A stretch of 64,000 nt of DNA, from positions 62,932,001 through 62,996,000 of the forward strand of contig NC_086097.1 of the NCBI RefSeq assembly GCF_963921235.1, given 5' to 3'. Below the pieces are notes generated by a model, which was not told the origin of the DNA, made no database searches, and saw only the letters and a program-made list of their open reading frames with translations. Positions 1-10,859 of the stretch are shown piece after piece; positions within the stretch are counted from its first letter, which is position 1, and each line of letters opens with the position of its first letter. A program made the translations under genes and the position numbers. Source of the stretch: Mobula hypostoma. Taxonomy: Eukaryota.

Positions 1-443
1 CTTTTGAAAGTTGTGTTGTCCTCAATACAGTAAAAACAAGGAACTGATTGTTGATTTCAGGAAGTGGAAGTCAAGGAGACACACACCAGCCCTCACTGAG
101 GGATCAGAAGTGGAATGGTTGAGCAGTTTCTAGATCCTAGGTGCCAGCATCTCTGAAGATCTACCCTGGGCCCAACATATTGATACAATCACAAAGAAGA
201 TGCAACAGCAGCTATATTTCATTAGGACTTTGAGAAGATTTGATAGGTCACCAAAGACACATGCAAATTTCTACAAATATACCGTGGAGAGCATTCTAAC
301 TGGTTACATCACCATCTGGCATGTTGTGGCCACCATATCTATTTATAGATATTTATTATGTTTTTATTCTGTATTGCAATGTGCTGCTGTCAGAAAGCAA
401 CACAGTTCACAACATATACCAGTGATATTAAACCTGATTCTGA
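1..443 (+). mobile_element. Rex1/Babar (L2-group) non-LTR retrotransposon, decayed 3' fragment
   Basis: Translates to KTRELIVDFRK...ISEDLPWAQHIDTITKKMQQQLYFIRTLRRF...NFYKYTVESILTGYITIW, the typical post-RT region of this clade. Ends in ATTAAACCTGATTCTGA. Confidence 0.8.
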
Positions 444-654
444 ACAGACAATAGTATTGAATTTTCAAAAGGATTCTGTTAGCTGGGATATGCCACCTGT
501 GTTAATATGCAGTTCCATAAAGTTATCTGACTATATTCAAAATATTAAAGATCAGTAGGTGATTATAGCTATTGAAACTGTAATTAATCATTTATCATTG
601 TCTTTGTGGTTAAGAAGTATAAAACATCTGTCAGGAGAGTGAGATTCTTTTTGA

Positions 655-674
655 CTCTCTCTCTCTCTCTCTCC
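655..674. repeat. (CT)n microsatellite
   Basis: Direct read of a CT run. Confidence 0.9.
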
Positions 675-1610
675 AGGAGGTCTGCTGAGTGACTAAAGAC
701 TACAGCTACTGCGTGGCTCAGTTTTAATCAATCGCAACACATGGTAAATCCTGTGTTGTTGGAATCTTGATCAAATTGCCTGATTGTAACGTGTTATTGG
801 GAAATAACGTTAGAACATTTCTAGAACTCATCATAACAGGAGAATTTATTTATCTGTGTGAAAATATAAAAAAACTTTTTCATTAAATCATCAGAAACGC
901 TAGCAATACCCTCGTTGGTTACTTTATTCAAATGGATGCAAAGGCCACAAGATAAACTCAATTGCGAAGAAGCACTCTTCAGCTCACTGCTCCACGTTTT
1001 GCCGTCTAAGATCAACAATAATAAATAATACATAATAGTTAAACGTCCCACTGTTTCACTTATGCTCATCAAATGTGTTTTGTTTTATATCTGAAGAGAG
1101 TACATTTAGTAAACCTTTGCTAGTAATTGCCACATATTGCAAACTGCATGGAACTTAGAAGGATAATAGATTGGAATTTGCAGAGATTCTGTTCGCTGCC
1201 TGTGTGCTTGTCACTGAAAATTTCCTCTGATCCATTGTCTCTGGCAGCATGTCGCCCCTAATGAGTGAAAGGGGTGAACTGCTGGAGCAACCAAGAGGCT
1301 CTTCAGCCAATCAGCGTGAAGAATCCTCAAAAAGAAGCAACATTTTAGAAATTCATTGCAGGCTGCAAATGCGTGAAGTGGTAATGTTTTCACTTTAAAG
1401 TGACACCTACTGAATCAAGTTTCAAAGCTAAAGTTCTGAACTCTCAACACATATCATGAATCTAATGCAGTTAATTGAGAGAACATTTCTATCCCACAGA
1501 GGGCAATGAAGAAGTACAAAGCATTCAATATAAAGCAGATTTAATTTATATAATGAAGCAGTATAAGCATTAAGAAATCCAGAAGGGGTAATGGAAAATA
1601 TGAGTCAAAG

Positions 1611-1714
1611 AAGTTTTAATATTTTTTAAACTCAACACTAAATTTGAGAAACTTTTACTCCAAAGTTTTAATATTTTTTAAACTCAACACTAAATTTGAG
1701 AAACTTTTACTCCA
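1611..1714. repeat. Perfect 52-bp tandem duplication
   Basis: AAGTTTTAATATTTTTTAAACTCAACACTAAATTTGAGAAACTTTTACTCCA occurs at 1611-1662 and again at 1663-1714. Confidence 0.95.
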
Positions 1715-2249
1715 GCACTTGTGAAATTATTATTTTTAGGGTCAGAAAAGCTGTTAAGTAATAATTCACACTTACCATGAAGATGAAATATCACTTATTC
1801 CAGAATTAGCTGGCCTCATTGCATCACCATCATTTATTAAATAACCAGAGAGCAAGCAGAGCAAATTTATGTTACTGCTGTTATTTCAATGCCAAGCCAG
1901 CTTGTAAAGGTTGCAACAGTGCACTCTTTGGAGAAGCATGGTATTGTTGAAAGCAACTCCTGGATTTTCACATTTAACTGTAGATAAGTATATTCCTGGT
2001 ATTGAAATCAGCTTCTTCTTTAAATGGAGAGTAGTGAAAGCCTCTCCAATACTCTCATTATATTCTCAATGACCAGGAAGATGTTTTGTGGAAAATTAAA
2101 TCCATATAGCAGGATTCTTGAAAGATTGGTGAGTTATATAAAGTTGTTTCTATTCATCAAGATATGAACAGTACAATGACAACTACATTAAGGATTATTT
2201 GAATTAAATGCCATACAAAATGCAAAACTACTGTAAAATTAAATAAACA

Positions 2250-2346
2250 TAAGAGATTCTGCAGATGCTGGAAATCCAGAGCAACATACAAACACAATGA
2301 TAGAGGACATCAGCAAGTCAGGCAGCATGTATGGAGGGTCTTGGCC
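2250..2346 (-). mobile_element. Penelope-like element 3' pLTR/tail relic
   Basis: CTGCAGATGCTGGAAATCC...GCAACA...GGCAGCAT matches the reverse complement of the terminus at 48800-48880. Confidence 0.75.
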
Positions 2347-2835
2347 AGTTATTCTCTGCGAAATTAAATAGATGTGATAAAGTATTCCTCATCTCCTCAA
2401 GGTAATGCTATGAAGAATTTCTTCATGTACAGATTCCCAGCTTCCAAACCAGGAAAGATGAAAATAGCAGTACACAATCATTTAAAATGGCATATCCATT
2501 TTGAATAAAATGTGTATCAGCACAAATTTCTAGCATTTAAAATCAGATACATTCTGGAAAAAGCATGCTGGCTTGATTTTATTTCCGATTCTAGTTTTCT
2601 TCCTCTTGCCTCTGCCTTCCTGAGGTATTTGGTCATGGGCAAGCACATTTCCAGACCATCAGTGGAGACATAAGCATATAAGCATGAAGCACTGATGTGT
2701 GAACTGCTATATAGGGCTGTTGATATGAATTGCACAATCATCAATGGACTTTTGCTTTCTCATGAGAGACACCAGTAATGGAAGGAAAGAATCTCCTAAT
2801 CTCAGTGCAAGTGGCTGACTCCTTATTAGACCATG

Positions 2836-3842
2836 TCATAGGAGCAGAATTAGCATACTCGTCCCATTGGGCCTCTACCATGTAATAATGACTGGTTTAT
2901 TTTCCCCCTCTACCTCGGTCTCCTGCTTTCTCTCCATAACCTTTGACATCCTTACTAATTAGGAACCTATAAACCTCTACTTTAAAAATACCCAATGACT
3001 TGGCCTCTACAGTCATCTGTGGCAATAAATACCACAGATCTACCATCCTCTTGCTTAAGAAATTCCTTCAGATCTCTGTCCTGAAGATAAGTCCTTTTAT
3101 TCTCATGCTGCTCCCTCTGGTCCTAGACTTTCCCACTGCCGAATCATCCTCCCCACGTCTACCCTACCTAAGCCTTTCAATATCCAATAGATTTGAAGTG
3201 AAATACGCGCCCCCCCCCCCGCACTGTTCCTTTAAACTTCGACGAGTACATGTTCAGGGCCACCGAATGCTGCTCATGTGTTAACCCTTTCATTCCCACA
3301 ATTATTCTCATAAACCTCCTCTGAACCTCTTTAATACTAAAACATTCTTTCTGAGATATAAACCCCAAACTTTTCACAATACTCGAAATGTGGTCTGATC
3401 GATGCCTTATACAGCTTCAGCATTATACCCTTGCTTTTATATTCTAGTCCTCTTGAAATTAATACTAGTATTGCATTTGCCTTCCTTATCATTGAATCAA
3501 CTTACAAATTAACTTTTAGAGAATCCTCAACACAATTCTCAAGTCCCTTTGCACCTCTGATGTCTGTATTCACTCCCATTTGAGAAATTAGTCTATGCTT
3601 TAATTCCTTCTACCAAAACACATGGCCATTTACTTCTTCACACTGTATTCCATCCGCCACTTCTTTGCCCATTCTCCTAATCTGTCCAACTTCTGCAAAA
3701 TCCTTGCTTTCTCAACACTACCTCCCCCCTGCCCAACCACCTTTGTATCATCCACAAACTTGGCCATCAAGCCATCAATTCACGCATCCAGATCAGAAAC
3801 ATATAATGTGAAAAGTAGCAGACCCCGACACCATCTACTAGT
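2836..3842 (-). mobile_element. CR1 LINE 3' fragment, decayed
   Basis: Minus-strand VQRRFMRII-like remnants. 3' UTR similar to the other CR1 copies in the window. Confidence 0.85.
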
Positions 3843-4251
3843 GTTATTGTGATCCTAGATGTCAAATCTTCAATTCTGATAAACATCCTCCTAGCAACTA
3901 TCCTTTCAATCACCATTAGAATTTCATAGTTTCTAGTAAAATCCACCATGTTTCATAACTTTTGATGACATTCAATCAAATCTTGCAAGTAAGGCCTCTA
4001 TATCATATTCCAAGAATCAAGTGATTGAACGTTCATTCTATCAAAAGAAAAAGACAATAGCAATTTCAGAACTCCACCTAGAGCATCAGTAATGCCCCAA
4101 GCGATTACAGCAAGACATCTTCATCATTGTATTTCAAACCTTTCACAATAAATGGTGAACATCCTTCATGCTTATCTGAGAGCTTCATGTTGCCTGGCTA
4201 TTCACTTTCAATGAAACATGTGCTAGTCTCTTTCTGCCTTCCTGTTCCTAC

Positions 4252-5110
4252 TGTTACGTACCCCGTAACTGGGTTGCCAAACCAGCAGAAATGGATCACT
4301 CAGTTGGAGTCTGGAGTACTAGAACTAAGAAAGTTTTATTAAAGAAACAAGCAACACAGTAATCGAAAGGATAATAAATGCAACAATTCAACAATGATAA
4401 CCACACATGTGCACAGAATTAAGATAACAGCATCAATCAAGCTCTATCGTTGTCTAGGGGTAAATGACCAATCTCAAAATGACTCAAAGTTCAGTCCAGT
4501 TTGTAGTTCAGTTCGCAGTAATCGTTGCCATGGCGATGGACAAGGTGGGGGAAGAGAGACAGAATAGGAACAACTGATCATTCAGAACACTGCTTCACTC
4601 ACAGACCAGCGGGATGGCTCACAAACAGCTTTTGGGCAGGTCCTTGGTGATGTCACCTGAGGTCACCGACTGTGACCCCTCCTCCAGATGCGGTCGATCC
4701 TCTGCAGTGAACCCGGCACCCAGGCAAGGGCGGACACACACCGGGTTCCCGCTGATCGTACCTTTCCACCCTTGTCGTTGTCCGGTACTTCTCACCCACT
4801 CGTGAGAAGCGCACCGCTTCCAGGGTCTCGTTACCTCGGGTGGCGTGTGTGTCTGTCTTAGCGAACCTGTCCCTTTTTATCCCCCTGCTGGGGTATCGCC
4901 TGTCCATCACTTCAAACAGTTCAGGGTTCAAAGGGGGGAGCCGCTCCAGACAGCTCTTCCTCCCACATCCCTTCATTACACATCTCCAGACGCTGCTCCA
5001 TTGTTCCTTATCTCTCCTTCCCCTGAGGGCAGGTGGCAGACCAACTGCTGATGCCACTGATGCTAGCCCAGGCCAGCAAACATCTTAATTTTATGTGTAT
5101 TCTCGTAACA
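4252..5110 (-). mobile_element. Solo LTR (Gypsy/ERV-type), 859 bp
   Basis: Termini TGTTACG...CGTAACA (7-bp inverted). Exact 4-bp TSD CTAC at 4248-4251 and 5111-5114. AATAAA on the minus strand near 4335-4340. CpG-rich relative to the flanks. Confidence 0.88.
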
Positions 5111-5604
5111 CTACTACCAAAGTGGCTCTTTCATGGTAATTGTAACATAATGAATCTTCTTTGTTGCCCTTCGTTTACTTGCTAAATTGCTTTACATCAG
5201 CAGATAACTTGGTTGTATTACACTCAAACCTCTCATCTAAGCTCTCGACATACATTGTAAATAAATGGTAGCCAAACACTGAACCTTATGGCACTCCATT
5301 AACTACAACTTGCCAACCAGGAAATGATTCATTTCTTTAACACATCAAACCTTACATCAAACTGTGCATTTCCTAGGCTTGCCTTGTGGTAACCAGAAGA
5401 CAAATCAGCATGACAAGAGCAGTGTTAAACAAACAGAGGTGAGTGTAAATCTACAATCATTCTGTCTAAACTTTTAAAATTACCCTCCTTAAATCAGTTT
5501 ATTGATCCATCACTAAAAGAAGGGCTCTCATATATAACATGTAAAATCCAATACTGCAACATGAGGACTGGAAACCCAAATGATCACATGACAATGGCTA
5601 AAAG

Positions 5605-6092
5605 AACTATCTCCCACCATCTCCATCCTCTTCCTCAATCTCTCTGTCTCTTACTCTGGAGATAGTTTATCTACTGATAGCTTTTATAAACCCACTGAAT
5701 CTCACAGCTACCTGGCCTATACCTCTTCCCACCCTGTCACTTGTAAAAAAATGTCCTCCCTTCTCCAGTTCTTCCATCTCTGCTTCATCTGCTTTCAGGA
5801 TGAGGCTTTTCACTCCAGAACTAATGTAATATCCTCCTTCTTCGATTTCCCAGCTCTTTACTTCACCCCTCCTCCCACCCAGTTTCACCTATCACCTACC
5901 ACCTTGTACTTATTCGTCCCCTCTCCTACCTTCTTATCCTGACTTCTCATCTTATTTTCCAATCGCGTTGAAGGGTCTCAGCCCAAAATGGTGACTGCTT
6001 ACTTTTCTCCATAGATGCTGCCTGACCTGCTGAGTTCCTCCAGCATTTTGTGTGTGTTGCTTGGATTTCCAGCATCTGCAGATTTTCTCATA
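5605..6092 (+). mobile_element. Penelope-like element relic (RT thumb fragment, internal deletion, pLTR with decayed hammerhead)
   Basis: LQFFHLCFICFQDEAFHSRT is homologous to SQFLRLRCICSQDEAFHSRT of the 32420-34666 ORF. It is followed by a pyrimidine-rich tract and the GAAGGGTCTCAGCCCAAAA...CAGCATCTGCAG terminus. Confidence 0.85.
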
Positions 6093-6099
6093 TTTTTGA

Positions 6100-6405
6100 A
6101 ACTATGTCCTTGAGTTTTTGACTCCCCTACCCTGGGACAAAGGTTTTGGCTATTCACCTTATCTATAACCCTCTTCATCTTGTAAGCCTCTATAAGGTCA
6201 CCGCTCAGCCTGTTATACTCCAAGAGAAAAAATTCCCAGCCTATTCAGCCTTAGCTTATAACTCAACCTATCCAGTCCCTGTAAATGTCCCTGTTAATAT
6301 TTTCTGCATTGTTTCCAAATTCATCATTCCCATAGATGGACAACTAGAACTGGGTACAATTCTCCAAGTATGTTCTTACCAACAACTTATATTGTTGCAA
6401 AATGT
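6100..6405 (-). mobile_element. CR1 LINE fragment
   Basis: RLSGDLIEAYKM...CPRVGESKTQGHSF on the minus strand. Confidence 0.8.
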
Positions 6406-6419
6406 CATCCCAAATTCTC

Positions 6420-7030
6420 AATGGATCAACAAATTTGCAGGAGACGCTAAGATTTAGGGGCATAGTGGACTGTGTAGAAGGCTATCACAGCTTACAGCAG
6501 GATCTGGACCAGCTAGAAAAATGGCAGATGGAATTTAATGCAAACATCCATGAAGTGTTGCAGTTTTGCTGGACAAACCAAGGGAGGACAAATACAATGA
6601 ACAGTAGAGCTCTAAGGAGTGCAACAGAATAAAGGAATCTGAGAATACCGATCCATAATTCATTGAAAGTGGTAGCTCGATAGGGTCATAAAGAGAGATT
6701 TTGGCTTTGGCCTTTGTAAATCAGAGCATAGGAGTTGTGATGTTAAGTTGAAGTTGTGTAACATGTTGGTGAGGCCAAATTCAGTATATTGTGATCAGCT
6801 CTGGTCAACTACCAACAAGAAAGATATCAAGAAGTTTGAAGAGTACGGAGAAGATTTACAAGAATGTTGTCAAGACTTGAGAACCCGAGTTATAGGGAAA
6901 GGTTGAAGAGGTTAGGCATTTATTCCCTGGAGCATAAGAAAATGAGGAAGAGATTTGCTATTATGAGGGGTATAGGCAGTCTTTTTCCACTGAGTTCATG
7001 TGAGACCAGAACTAGAGGTCATAACTTAAG
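6420..7030 (+). mobile_element. CR1 LINE ORF2 RT fragment, decayed
   Basis: WINKFAGDAKI (decayed FADD motif), LQQDLDQLEKWQMEFN, SYRERLKRLGIYSLE, TRTRGHNL. Confidence 0.85.
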
Positions 7031-7405
7031 ACCATGCGACCATGAGACCATAAGATAGGAGCAGTGTTAGGCCACTCAGCCCATCAAATTTGCCCGCCAT
7101 TCCATCATGGCTGATTTATTATCCCTCTCAACCCCATTCTCCTGCCTTCTCCCCGTAACCTTTGATGACCTGATTAATCAAGAACCTATCAACCTCCACC
7201 TTAAGTATACCCAAGGACTTGGCCTGCACAACTATCTGTGGCAATGAATTCCACAGATTCACCACCCTCTGGCTAAAGAATTCTTTCCTCCTCTCTGTTC
7301 TAAATGGTTGTCCCTCAATTCTGAGTCTATGTTCTCTGGTCCTAGACTCCCCCATTATAGAAACATCCTCACTACATCCGCTCTATCTAGACCTTTCAAT
7401 GTTCA
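7031..7405 (-). mobile_element. CR1 LINE 3' end inserted into the preceding CR1
   Basis: GESRTREHRLRIEGQPFRTERRKEFFSQRVVNLWNSLPQ...KGYGEKAGEWG plus the 3' UTR. Confidence 0.88.
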
Positions 7406-8139
7406 CTAGGTTTCTGTGCTGTAGTACTCTATGACTATGCTCATACCCTGCCCACAATTGCACTAAGGCTGGAAGAGTATTACTTTAACCACTTGCTGTA
7501 AAGATCATGCCTGCAGCATAAAAGGCAAACTATGAGATTTTACATCACATCAATTTAAGAATGCTTGGCTCAAATTGACAATGCCAGTTTCAGCATCATG
7601 TCACATAAGGAATATTGTCAACACAGTTCTGTGAATCTAGCAATTAAACATCTTATTCTACAAGCATCTTTCACCAAGATTGTTAGAGTGACTCACATTG
7701 CTGTTTTAGCACCATTAGAGATAGCAGTGCAGTTTCTAGCTCAATCAATTTTGCTAACACAGCTCCCTTTATGTACTTGTTTTCTCATTTTCACCAGATA
7801 ATTCCTTAGATGCCCCAACTAACATTTATCATTCGGCTCACACCTAAAATAGATGATCCAGTCTTTTATTTCAGTGTTGCTAATAGAACTTGCCTGCAAT
7901 CTAATTAGCTTCTTCATTTACAGTATAGTAACGTAGGAATGTCTTTGAGATGTGCTGAGAGAAAGAAAATATTAATCTCTGTTCTCTCTTTAATGAGAGA
8001 AATATGGGAAATGTTTAAACATGAATTTGAAAAGATTACCTGTACTTACACTGCACTTGAATAACAAGAATCATAGTAAAACAATAATCAGGGCTCTAGC
8101 CATTGGACATTAATAATGTAGTTAAAATCTCTGATAATC

Positions 8140-8620
8140 CACTACTCTCTGAAGCTGCAGACCGTGGTAGACTCTGTCCAGTATATCACACGTACATCCC
8201 TCCTCATCACTGGTAGTATCTACAGGAGGAGCTACTGTACCTCAAGAAGGCAACAGTGATCATCAAAGCTCATCTCCATCCAGGCCATGTCTTCTTTCAC
8301 AGCTATCATCAGGCAGGAGGTACAAAAGCCTGAAGTCCAACAACAGCTGCTGCCCTCCAACCATTCAGTTCTGAAACCAACTGGCAAAACCTTAGTCACT
8401 ACAATCTGGCAGCACTATAAACACTTCGATCACTTTGCACTAAATTGTATTTATTTGTTTTCCTCGAAGTGTGCTATCTTCTAAAAATCGTGTATAATTT
8501 ATGTCCAATTTATGTTTTTCTTCTAAATGCTGCATATATGATGTGCTGCTGCTGCCAGTTTTTCATTGTACCCGTACGTACATGTATTTGCTCATATGAC
8601 AAAAAACTCAACTTCAATGA
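8140..8620 (+). mobile_element. Rex1/Babar-type LINE 3' fragment, decayed
   Basis: Similar to the 3' ends at 21690-22438 and 59076-59945 (CCATCAGGCAGGAGGTACA-type motif). Confidence 0.65.
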
Positions 8621-9067
8621 CATAAAAGCAATTATTAACATTTTGTGTCACTAAAGGTATTTTTTCAAAGACGTACATTGATAGAAATTGGAAAATATTT
8701 AATAAAATTGTAGTCAGTTCAAATCATGAAATGTCAACTTCAACTTTAATGAAATAAGAGAGGAAAAACAAACAGGTTTAAGTATAGCAATGTAAATATT
8801 CTGATCACAAAACATGGCATAAGTTGGTCAAAATGGGTTCAAAGCTCAGGAGAACAATCCAAAGCAATTTTCTGGTGCCACTTTCTGATAAATTTGATGT
8901 ACAAAATATGATACTATAATCCCACTTCTGACATTTCTGCCTGGAAATAAAAAACTTATCTACCCAATATTATTTGACCCCCAACAGACTAGAACTGCTA
9001 ACTTAAAGAGCCTTACCACTTGCTTCACATTTCTCCTTACCATTCAGGGGTTAAAGTTGTTTGAATT

Positions 9068-10120
9068 AGAACACAGAACATAGAAGATAGAAATTTACAG
9101 CACCTTATAGACTCTTGGGCACACCATGTAACCTACCCTGAAACTGCACAGACTTTCCATCATATAGCCCTCTATTTTTCTAAGCTCCATGTACCTATCT
9201 AAGAGCTCCTTAAAAGTCCCTGTTGTACCTAACTCTACCAGCTTCACTGGCAGTGCATTCCACGTACCCACTTCTCATTATGTGAAAAAAGTACCTCTGA
9301 CATCCCCCGTGTACCTGCTTCCAAGCACCTTAAAACTATGCCTTCCATGTTAGCAATTGCAGCCCTGGGAAAAGAAAGCCTCTGGCCTCTTATCATTTTA
9401 TACACCTCTACCAGGTCACCTCTCATCCTCTGTCGCTCCAAGGAGAAAAGGCCAAGTTCACTCAACCTATTCTCATAAGGCCTGCTCCCCAATCCAGGCA
9501 ACATCCTTGTAAATCTCCTCTGCACTCTCTCTATAGTATCCACATCCTTCCTGTAGTGAGGTGACCAGAAGTGAACACAGTATTCCAAGTGGAGTCTAAG
9601 GTCTTTTATAGCTGGAGCATTACCTCATGGCACTTGGACAAAATTCCACGGTTGATGAAGGCCAACAACAACACTGTCAACCTGCGCAGCAGCTTTGAGT
9701 GTCCCATAGACTCGGACCCCAAGATCTCGCTAACCCTCTACGCTATCAAGAGTCTTACCATTAATATTATATTTTTTCTTCAAATTTGACCTACCAAAAT
9801 GAACCATTTCACACTTATCTGAGGTGAACTCCATCCCCCACTTCTCAGCCCAGTTCTGCATCCTATCAAAGTCCTGCTGTAACCTCTAACAGACCTCCAC
9901 ACTATCCACAACACCCCCAACCTTTGTGTCATCAACAAACTTACTAACCCACCCTTCTCTTTCCTCATCCAGTTCATTTATAAAGATCAGAAAGAGGAGG
10001 GGTCCCAGAACAAATCCCTGTGGAACACCACTGGTCATTGTCCTCCATGCAGAATGTGAATCACCTACAGCTACCCTTTGCCTTCTGTGGGCAAGCCAAT
10101 TCTGGATCCACAAAGCAGCA
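9068..10120 (-). mobile_element. CR1 LINE, 5'-truncated
   Basis: WIQNWLAHRRQRV...SGVPQGFVLGPLLFLIFINELD...SKFVDDTK, EYCVHFWSPHYRKDV, and a (TTCTA)-type tail. Confidence 0.92.
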
Positions 10121-10234
10121 CTACCAATCGTGCCTCAAATCAATGACAGCACATCATTGTTGTGATGCTTGACCAAAGAACAGTAGGGCCATTTGGGGGC
10201 TGAGCAGAGCAGATACAGGGCAGTTTAGTAAACA

Positions 10235-10367
10235 CTAGAAATTCTACAGATGCTGGAAATCCAAAGCAACATACACAAAATGCTGGGGGAAATCAGCAGG
10301 TCAGGCAGCGACCATGGAAATGACCAAACAGCTGTCTTTTCAGGCCATGACTCTTCTTCAGGAACAG
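10235..10367 (-). mobile_element. Penelope-like pLTR relic with decayed hammerhead
   Basis: Minus strand reads CTGAAGA AGAGTCATGGCCT GAAA, followed by the conserved terminus. Confidence 0.75.
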
Positions 10368-10470
10368 ATGTTAAAAGAAATAAACGACTGACTGAATTGG
10401 GTGGGTGGCCATTAATGACTATAGAAGACATCACTCGAGAGGGTTGTGGAGGTAGCTCCTCCCTTGCAAA

Positions 10471-10748
10471 TACTCAGAGGGTCATGAGAGTGTGGAACGA
10501 GCTGCCAGCATGTGGTGCGTATGAACTAGATTTCAGCGTTTGGGAGAAGTTTGGATATGCTGAATCAAGCTCATAAACACCGCTTGTGAAGCCAGCTCAT
10601 TGCACACTCTCATGACTCTCTGAGTACTTACATGGCTGGTAGCAGTAAGGTCCTGGTGCAGGTCGATGAGGGTAGGCAGGCTAAATGATTCATCACGGAC
10701 TAGATGGGCCAAGGGTCCTGTTGCTGTGCTGTACTTTTCTATGACTTG
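10471..10748 (+). mobile_element. CR1 3' end with an internal inverted duplication
   Basis: TQRVMRVWNELP at 10471-10509 recurs inverted at about 10592-10626. The 3' UTR ends in TTTTCTATGACT. Confidence 0.75.
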
Positions 10749-10859
10749 ATTCAGACCAGCACTTGAAGTACCATGGCATGGACTAAGTGCTGAGAAGTGG
10801 AGAAGTATACAGTAGATAGCTACTTGATGGCTGGAATGGATGCAGTGGGATGAAGAGTA

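Noticed and set aside
4614..5088. Overlapping ORFs of 63-134 aa
   Set aside because: They lie inside a GC-rich solo LTR and show no protein motif.
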